From Glycera tridactyla (Eukaryota), in assembly GCA_965644265.1 (NCBI GenBank), contig OZ286463.1, positions 115,878,001 to 115,942,000 of the forward strand: 64,000 nucleotides of DNA, given 5' to 3'. The notes under the pieces were generated by a model that saw only the letters and a list, made by a program, of their open reading frames with translations, did not search any database and had not been told where the DNA came from. Below, piece by piece: positions 51,701 to 62,100 of this stretch (within the stretch, counting starts at the first letter, position 1; each line of letters opens with the position of its first letter). The translations under genes were made by a program, and so were the position numbers.

Positions 51701-54700
51701 GTAATACTTTGGAGATTGTGACAGGCAGCCTTTAGTTCACAAAACATGCTCTCCCCTATGTGAAATTCCTGGTAATTAATTAATGCAAACAGATTTGCTG
51801 GTCACTGGGTATTGTCCAGGACAGGTTTGATTGTACCATACATAAGATCCGAGGGTAGATCAATATATTGAAGAGGAGGGATCAAGTCCTGAGAGAGATG
51901 GGCGGGGTTTGCTGGCTTGCTCATTGCATCATCGCCGATGGTTGGACACAAAATATCCATTCTGGGCCTTGCCCTTGGAGTAGTTGGCGTTCTATCTCAG
52001 GTGTGAACTGGATCCCAATCTATGGCAGCCTTGGTGAGCCATGATCCTCTCTGATCCCCCCCCCCTCCCTCCCCCCGACCCTTCCAATCATGTGGGCATG
52101 ATGTCATCAATGATATCATGACGTAACTCTGCATCATGAGAGCCTGAGCATGGAAGAAGTTGCCATCGACTTTGATAGTCCCAAACGTTTGAATTTCCCA
52201 CTCTTTCTGAGCCAGCAAGGAGGCCAGATCCGACATGGCCATCGTGGCGAACTACGTCTGAGAACACTGGATTGACATGCCAAATTGAGAGTGGATATGT
52301 AGACGCTGCTCTTTGTTCGGCAAATATTCGTAGTTTTATCCTTTTTTTCTCCTTTATGACACAAATAGAACCAAAAGAATATGTTTATCAAATGTTTCTT
52401 TGATATTTTACCAGCCACCGGTGTTTGTTCGCCAAAATACCCGATTATTGATTTTTGACATCTTGAGCAAATATGTGCCCCTTTTTCTCAATAAACAAGC
52501 GTTCCGGGGCGAATTAAGGGGAATACGGTAGATGCCAAATAAATTTTGTGGATTCATATATAATATCTGGATACATTTTTGTGCCCCGCCTCGGTTACCC
52601 GAGCGGGGCAGTATGTTTTCGCCTTGACCCTCTGTGCGGATGTGCTATGGACGAGTGTGTGTGCGTGGGTGCGTGATTTTTTGGTTTCCGGGCAATAACT
52701 CCACAATGACTAAAGCTATCTAATTGAAACTTGGTGTGTACATTCACAATAACAAAAGACAGAACTGATTTGATTTTGGGTCTGCTACATTGGATTTCAA
52801 GATCACCTGAGTGCAAAAAGGTCATATGTGGTTTCTGGCCGATAACTTCACCATGAATGCAACTATCTTATTGAAACTCGACGGGTGCATTCACAATATC
52901 ATGAGACAGAAATGATTTGATTTTGGGTTTGCTACATCGGATTTCAAGGTCACCTGAGTGCAAAAAGGTCATATGTGGTTTCCGGCCGATAACATCACAA
53001 TGAATGCAGCTATCTAATTGAAACTCGACGTGTGCATTCACAGTACCATGAGACAGAACTGATTTGATTTTGGGTTTGCTACATCGGATTTCAAGGTCAC
53101 CTGAGTGCAAAAAGGTCATATGTGGTTTCCGGCCGATAACATCACAATGAATGCAGCTATCTAATTGAAACTCGGCGTGTGCATTCACAATATCATGAGA
53201 CAGAAATGATTTGATTTTGGGTTTGCTACATCGGATTTCAAGGTCACCCGAGTGCAAAAAGGTCATATGTGGTTTCCGGCCGATAACATCACAATGAATG
53301 CAGCTATCTAATTGAAACTCGACGTGTGCATTCACAGTACCATGAGACAGAACTGATTTGATTTTGGGTTTGCTACATCGGATTTCAAGGTCACCTGAGT
53401 GCAAAAAGGTCAAATGTGGTTTCCGGCCGATAACATCACAATGAATGCAGCTATCTAATTGAAACTCGACGTGTGCATTCACAGTACCATGAGACAGAAC
53501 TGATTTGATTTTGGCTTTGCTATGTTATATTTCAGCGTCACTAGGTGATTTTATTTCGGTCGGCTTTATTGGATTTCAAGGTTACCTGAGGGTGAGAAGG
53601 TCATTTGTCGTTCAGGCCAGCAGAGAAGTGGGAGGGGGAGAGCACTACCATAATGACTATGTTGCATAGTATATGCTTGGGAATACTGAATAGCATAACC
53701 AACTGCGCAGTCAGCGGGGCACTCGCAATCACTGATTGCATCTAGTTGTTTTGGAAATTGGTTGACAATCAATTTCCAAAACAAATATGTATCCAAATAT
53801 TACTATGCAGATGATGGTGGTTTGCATTTCCTCATGCAGAAATGGTACTTGCCATCTTGGCAGGCAGACTTTAATCATGTGCAATTGGTCTCTATCACTG
53901 TCCGACTCCCAAGCTGCATTTATTTTCTTTGTCAAATATCCACTCTCAATGCTGATGAGTCAATTTTCTAGATGAAAAACTTGCTTTTAGTTGGGATCAA
54001 ATGATGTCAGTTGAAGTGCACTGGTGAGGTGAGTGAATGTGAACAAGTAAAGATCCGTAGTCCCTGGAGACAGCAGCGTGGTTGTTCACCTCATGATACC
54101 GGTTCACTTGCTGGAGATCCCATGATGACTGACCTGACTGCTGAAATCAATCAGTCATGACTGAGTGCACGTCTGTACAACCTTTGTACCCTCCGTGAGA
54201 AGTATATTGTTAGAAACAGATTGATGGTCATAGTATCATAATACAGATATCATTGGTTACCCAAAAAAATACTCCTACATACTTTTTTAGTTCAATTTAT
54301 ATCAGTGACATGATGCCCAGGCAACAGGTCGATGAANNNNNNNNNNNNNNNNNNNNNNNNNNNNNNNNNNNNNNNNNNNNNNNNNNNNNNNNNNNNNNNN
54401 NNNNNNNNNNNNNNNNNNNNNNNNNNNNNNNNNNNNNNNNNNNNNNNNNNNNNNNNNNNNNNNNNNNNNNNNNNNNNNNNNNNNNNNNNNNNNNNNNNNN
54501 NNNNNNNNNNNNNNNNNNNNNNNNNNNNNNNNNNNNNNNNNNNNNNNNNNNNNNNNNNNNNNNNNNNNNNNNNNNNNNNNNNNNNNNNNNNNNNNNNNNN
54601 NNNNNNNNNNNNNNNNNNNNNNNNNNNNNNNNNNNNNNNNNNNNNNNNNNNNNNNNNNNNNNNNNNNNNNNNNNNNNNNNNNNNNNNNNNNNNNNNNNNN

Positions 54701-57700
54701 NNNNNNNNNNNNNNNNNNNNNNNNNNNNNNNNNNNNNNNNNNNNNNNNNNNNNNNNNNNNNNNNNNNNNNNNNNNNNNNNNNNNNNNNNNNNNNNNNNNN
54801 NNNNNNNNNNNNNNNNNNNNNNNNNNNNNNNNNNNNNNNNNNNNNNNNNNNNNNNNNNNNNNNNNNNNNNNNNNNNNNNNNNNNNNNNNNNNNNNNNNNN
54901 NNNNNNNNNNNNNNNNNNNNNNNNNNNNNNNNNNNNNNNNNNNNNNNNNNNNNNNNNNNNNNNNNNNNNNNNNNNGAGCATGCGCGCATGCATACTAATA
55001 AATGAAGTACACTTTCAAGTAAACCATAAGAATTTACACTCAGGTGGGCATGTTTATGGGTTTGTTTTCATTGCGGTGGAGCTCACTGACAGTATAGCTT
55101 GAGGATGATAAAGTTCCTGTATTCTTAAATAATACCCTTTTTATTGTTTATGAAGATAGCTGATTATGCCTTGAGATGATGGCAAAGTTTGAACATAACG
55201 AGAAAATAAATTGTGAAAGATTGTCATGATATGTATGCAGCGTTGTGTGAGATGATTTCACCGATATGTTCTGTCCCTTGGGCCAGTCTGGAAAAATTGG
55301 ATGTTCCATCATTTTCTCCACACCTGATTTCGGGGTAATTTGAAACAAGAAATATCTTCAAAAAGAAGACTGGTCATCGATTTACAGTGGAGAGGTGGTA
55401 ATCTAACTTAATCAATCAATAAATCACCAGTCATCCTCCAAGAACAGCTTGTTTGGACAAATGGGGCGGGGGGGGGGGGGGGGGGGCGAGCCCTCCTTCC
55501 GTAATCTGAGGCAGCAGTCCTCCTGGTACGAGTCATTAGCAAGCCACCCAGGGATTTTTCTTATGCTGTTATGGCCATATTCGTCAAATCGCCGTCATTC
55601 ATATTCTCTGCCACAGTTTATCGGTTGTTTTCAAAGCAGCATGTATTCTCGCATCATATTATTGATGGATCAAGTGATATTTCGCTAAAGAAACTTCGAA
55701 TGGTGACGCTCGGCACAATTTATCTGCGCAAGCAGGTTGGGGCTTCCTCTGAAAATGGCGCTGCCTTTCACCACCTTGTGTTGCTTTTCATTAATTGTTT
55801 TTCTTTCTCAATGTTCTCATGCAGTTATGTATCCACAATATCCGTGTTTAGCAGTATCTCATGTTATCGCTAATATTTTGCACACAAATCACATATTTTT
55901 CATGCAGTTTTGGTTTAATTCTTATGATTCTAAGCAGCCATTTACAAATGGCTGCTCACTTACTGTGCACGGTGAACCTTGTCAAACTGCTCCACAATAT
56001 CATTGTCTAGAATGAGCGGGAATCCCAAACTGAAAATAGGTATCCGGCGGAAAAAGTTCTCCATTCATCATGATGAGAGGCAACTAGAACTTGGAAACAG
56101 CATAGAAAATTATAAGGTTTTGGATGTTGAATGGAAACATCAAGAAGATATGTTTCCCAGGTGAAACATACTCTAATATGATCAGGTTACATGAGATTAT
56201 GTTATAGCCACCTTGATGAACAAATCATTCTGTCAATTTGTCAAATGGCATAAGTTTGGATGTCTGTATGAACAAGGCATTCACTGCAGCTCCCCATCAA
56301 TTTGTTATGATACGACATATGACACATGACGGTGGCCATTATTTTTTATCCTACCCATTTGCTCAGGTTCAAGAGATTATGTTGGATAAACTTGAAGGAA
56401 GTGAAATATTGTTCTCATTCATTTATACCTCTGCTGTGAGAGCATAATACATGGGGTATGGAATAGCCTGGTCAAATACTGATATTGAGATTGAGACTGA
56501 GAAACTGTTCTTTATCCTAACATGGGTTTGAGATTGAGATTGATAAGCATTTATTTATGAATACCACGGAACATTACATCAGTATGTTAGTACAGATGAT
56601 TAGTAGTGTCTGTGGTACAAAGTTCCCAATGTACTCACGGCATGGCAAGAATAAATCAGGTGTCAGATGACACATTCAACAAAATAATCTGGTGTATAGT
56701 ACATAAGACAATAGCAATTATCATATGCAATATCATCAATAGGTTGCTGCAGTCATGTGTGATACTGGCATGTATCTTTTTCATTAGGACATTATTGTCA
56801 ACCTCTGGTGTGACACATTCTTTTGGACTCCTACTTCTTATCCTGTTTTGAGATACTCACAGAGCTATATCAAGAATGGGATCTAGTTTGTATCTGTCAT
56901 AGGATAGACAGTAATTGTGCCAGTCATGGGGTGCTGTTGGTTGTGGGAGGTGGGTGTAAACTTCATTGGAGTGCAGTGAGACCTCCGATAAGAGACCACC
57001 CTTAATGTTGCTGAAAAGTGGTCTCTCAAATGAGGTGGTCTCATGTCAGAGGTATATTTGCCTATGTTGGGGGTCTCTTGTTGCAGGTTTCACTGTATCA
57101 TGCTTGTTAAAAGAGGTGCATCATTAAAATCATTAAAGCAAAACAGTTCAGATCAGGGCATTGGGACATAATCACTGAAGAAATTGGGCCATGTCTGAAT
57201 TTGACTGGATATATACATGAACATGGACTTAATAAAACCACCATTTCAAGAAAATGAATGCCGTATACCAGTAATTTAGAAGTAGAGAGATTAGTTCCAC
57301 CATTCTGGTTCGAACCTTGCTGAACCGCGGACCTTATGTGGCCAGCAACACCAGTACATTGAGTTGAACTGCTCAGGCTCCCATTCAGACTCACTCAGCC
57401 ATCCAGGGCTCTACATTAACTTTTTTCTTCAGCTGTCCTTCAGGCTGGTGAAGTAGGATTTTTACCTGCCCTCCCTGTCATTTTCACCTGCCCTCCTGTT
57501 TATAATCATAGCCTAATTGATGATTGGGTACCTGCCCTTCGGGCAGGCAGATTGATAAAATCACCTGCCCTAACAGCAAATCTGCCTGCCTGTGCCAGTA
57601 GGGCCACCATTAGCGTAGAGCGCTGCCATCATAGCCTTGACATAACGTCTCGACTCAGCCAAAATTAGCTGTCAATCAATACTAATGTAAAGAGTGACTG

Positions 57701-59089
57701 ATGAGACCAACTTCACTCGATTAGACGGACCGGTGGCTAGAATATTTACACTCAGTAAAAATGTCCTTCACTTGCTTTCTCATCCTGCTTTACTATCATT
57801 TTGAATTTATTCTATTCTTGAGAATAAATATCCAGCATCACCTCACTATTAATTTCCGGAGCATGGTGTGAGTTCAATCTTGGGGATAATTTCACAAGGG
57901 TGTAGATACAATGGATCCTGAGATGAGAGACCCCCTGATAAAAGACCACCTTTTTTGTCAGACCCATTTGGTGTCATTCAAAGTGGTTTGACTGTACATT
58001 CAAAATGCTGTAGGTGTCCTCAATTGCCTTGGTTTCCTCAAGGAAGCATGACAGTGGAGAGCATGGATGCCCTTTTTAAAGTGAAACTGAATCTTAATTC
58101 CCTCGCCCCGCTATTCCATGGGTTCATCATCTTTGGATTCCTGGGTTGGGATAAGTCATACTCCATTTATCCTTGTTTGCCTAGATGAGGATCTCCTTCT
58201 CGAATGTTTTTTCATTATTCTGTTGCACCTCATTCTATTCTATTTTATTCCAACTTGTGATTGACCACTAATACCCACTTAACATCAACACTACCAAGTA
58301 TAGATTGATGAGTCTGACAGTATTTTCATTTTCAGATAAAAAGGCTAGGAGTTATCTGGGTCATCATGGGTGTATGGAAGATGGTTATTATTTCTCTCTA
58401 CAATCAGATGTTTTTTTAATTATCTATTGTTGCAGGTCAACCACACACGTCTCAAAATCCCTGATGCTGATGGGGAATCACTCGTCATGTGCATAGGAGT
58501 GACATCTGGTGTCAGTCGACTCATATTTGGAAAAGTTGCGGACTTGCCGAAGGTGAATCGTATTCGGATGCAGCAGTTCGCGTTCCTGGTGCTAGGAGTT
58601 GTGACAGCCTGTATACCTCTCGCCAGCGAGTTCTGGGCACTCATTGTCATCACTCTTGTCATGGGTAGGTTCACATGATTCGTTATAGAGTCAAACCTCC
58701 TTGAAAGACCACCCCCCTATAAAGGCCACCCTGTGCTGCGACCGTGGTATATTTTCAACAGTAAATGACCTATAAAGACCACCTCCCTATAGAGGCCACT
58801 TTTTGATGCAACCAAAGTGAAATTTGTATTTCGTTGGGTGTGTTACCACGCCTACCAACCTGCAAGGGATATTTTTACTTCAAATAGATCAGGCAAGGGT
58901 ATTCAATATAGATATAGTGATATATCAGACAAGTTTATCTTGATGAGCACTTAACCAATTAAGCTGAAAATCTTTGTGTCATGCCCTGCAATTCACCTGT
59001 GCTTAGCATTGTCTTTGTTGGTATTATGATCAGATCTTATGATGGTGTTCTTTCCAGAGACACGTGATTAGATGTACATTATAATCAAA

Positions 59090-59165
<76 letters not shown>

Positions 59166-62100
59166 AAAAAGAGTGTGTGGACAGCCAGTGCCAGGTATCA
59201 TGATTTCATGACCACTGGGGGGTGACGCATTGTCAGTGCTCACCTCATAGCTGCTCACTGAGCTCTCCTTTTTTGTGGGGTGCCTTGGTGGGGTAAGTGG
59301 TAGGCAGTCAGTGCATTGCTGGTGATGGATGCCTTACCCAGAGGTTGTGGGTTCAAATCCCGTATGAAACCCAAAAATTGGGCTTCCAAGCATTTGACAC
59401 ATTTCATGGACCTGTTGGCCGTGCATCATGTTACTGGCATGAAATTAATAAAAAAGTGTGTGTGTGTATGTGTGCGTGAGCGTGCATGTACATGCATGTG
59501 TGTGTGGCATTATAGGAGACATCTAAGAGAGGTGAATTTCCGTAGTGAGATAGGATGTATGAGAACATTTTCATTGGTTCATGGCTGTGTGGAGCCTTAT
59601 ACAGTTGAACCTTCTCTAAATACCACCTCCCTATAAAGAACATGTTTTGATGCGACCGCAGGCAGTCTTTATAGAGAGGTTTGACTGTAGCTCCTGTTTG
59701 TTGAATTGAGAGTTCATCTTCGGAGAAAAAATATCTTATCTGGACCTGGGTGAGTTTTGGGCAACATGGAGTTGAGTGGAATTGGGATGGATGTTCATGG
59801 CATTTTCTCACCCTTACTTTCAGGTATATCTGATGGGTGTTTCATATGTTTACTCGGCCCGATTGCTTTTGACTTACTGGGTCCAGCCGGGGCAGCGCAA
59901 GGTCTTGGTTGTTTGCTTGGTATTGCTTCTCTCCCGATGACAGCAGGTCCACCACTTGCAGGTGAGTCCGCAAAAAGAATGGCCTTCCACACTTTCAAAT
60001 AGTTATATACCATGAATAGCACTAGCTTGCCTTGAAAATGAGAGCATGGTGTATAACATTGGGACCACTGGTACACGTCTACATCATAAAGGGCAGTCAC
60101 ATGATTCGCCATTGTCTTCTGCTGCCGACGCCATTTTGATGCTTTGCTTGGAACTGTGCACACCCCCCTCTGCCTAGTCAGTGGTCAGAGGTTAGATGTT
60201 GCTATTTCTTTGAAGGTTTGGAGGGGGTGTGCACATCGCATGTAGGATCGCACGACTATTTGACATTTATTTGACTTTGAGTACAGTTGAAAGTCAACAG
60301 GGGTGTTTGCTCGTGCTCTCCATCCATATTTGCAGCTAACCTTGATACTGACTGGCCTGTATGGATGACCTTGCATTTGCAGTGTGCGACATTTGACCTT
60401 GCCTAAGTAACATTAACTTTGTGAAAGAATATAAGTTAACGTCTCAAATTCTCATGTTTTATCAATATTCCTAGGAATTGAATTCACAGAAACCCGCTAT
60501 CTCACTTAAGTTGTACGACACAACTAAGAGTTATCATTGACTAGTTCTAAATCATTGTCTCTTAGAAATGCATTGATCTAATTTTGCAGGTTTGGCGTAT
60601 GATTATATGGGGACGTACGACATTGCTTTCTATGCTGCCGGTATTCCGCCCATCCTGTCTGCCATCTTACTCTTCCTAATCCCTGCACCCAAGAAAAATA
60701 AGGCACAGGTAGGTCAATAATATTATTTGTGTTTGATAAAAGCATTCTGAATTGATTAGTATGTCATTCAAACCAAGCATTCATGTAAGCATTTCTCATT
60801 GCTTAGTATTATCTCTGTAATGGATATCCATTGCTTTCTATCAAAAGTAGCTAAACTGAATACTTTGATGATATACCACTGTGGGTTTTGTGTAATTTGT
60901 ATTTAAATTATGGGGGAATTCTATTGATTATCCTTCTGGTATGGTGTGTGAACGTTTCATTTGTCCAGAGTCAACATTCCCATTTAGAGAAAACCAGCCA
61001 TGGATGTAATGAAGACTTGGTATTTGTTAGCATTGCCACTGTTCAGAAATAATTCTAGGGTATTCTTCTGAAATAAAATTAGGGAAATGTTCATCAACAA
61101 TGAACCACCATCACCATTTTTGTGACATCATGAATGAAAATTACTTAAGCAAATCATTTTAGCAAATCAAATTTCTCTCTAGCATTTGACTTCACTATAG
61201 CTAAAGTGCTTATCTACAGAGGGAATCCTGCATGACAGGAGTTTGCTGAATGCTTTGTATTGGTGCAATTTCAGAATCAAGATTGAATCACTGACAGGAG
61301 CGTGATAATATGATGGTCATCTTGATAATTACATGTTTAATGTTTGGTTGGATTTTGACTGTTATGAATTGAGCTATAAATGGCTCATAGCATTTCATTT
61401 AGTCTTTAATTTCTCTTGTTTTTCACCTGATTTTTTGTGGGATGTATGTTTGCAAATATTTTTCTACTAATGGAAGGAATCCATATTCAGTAGTTGGATA
61501 CAGTAAAATCTGCGATAAGAGACCACCTCTAATAGGAGACCGCTTCTGCAGGACAGCTTTTTTATTTGACAGTGTCAGATATACTCCTAATGAGACATAA
61601 CCTCTTTTGAGAGACCACTTTTTGGCAGCATTTAGGGTGGTCACTTGTCGAAGGTTCCGCTGTATCTGAAATTGCATTAAAATGAACAGTATGTTTCAAT
61701 GCTGCTTGTATTCTTAAAGCTATGATGTTGCTGCTATCAGGCACTGGGATGTATATCTAGACAGAAGATGTCTCTGTATATTGAGAAGTGATCTGAAATA
61801 CTCGCCTATTCCTAGTTCAATGCACATTGGTCACTGAGCTGGCTTCACTTGATTTGACTCATGAGTTGATTCTTGTATTCTGCAATGNNNNNNNNNNNNN
61901 NNNNNNNNNNNNNNNNNNNNNNNNNNNNNNNNNNNNNNNNNNNNNNNNNNNNNNNNNNNNNNNNNNNNNNNNNNNNNNNNNNNNNNNNNNNNNNNNNNNN
62001 NNNNNNNNNNNNNNNNNNNNNNNNNNNNNNNNNNNNNNNNNNNNNNNNNNNNNNNNNNNNNNNNNNNNNNNNNNNNNNNNNNNNNNNNNNNNNNNNNNNN

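Noticed and set aside
52868-53482. 204-aa minus-strand ORF with CxxC and His repeats resembling zinc fingers
   Set aside because: It is the translation of the 147-bp HINE satellite. The C-X2-C-X7-H spacing is not C2H2, and there are no splice signals.
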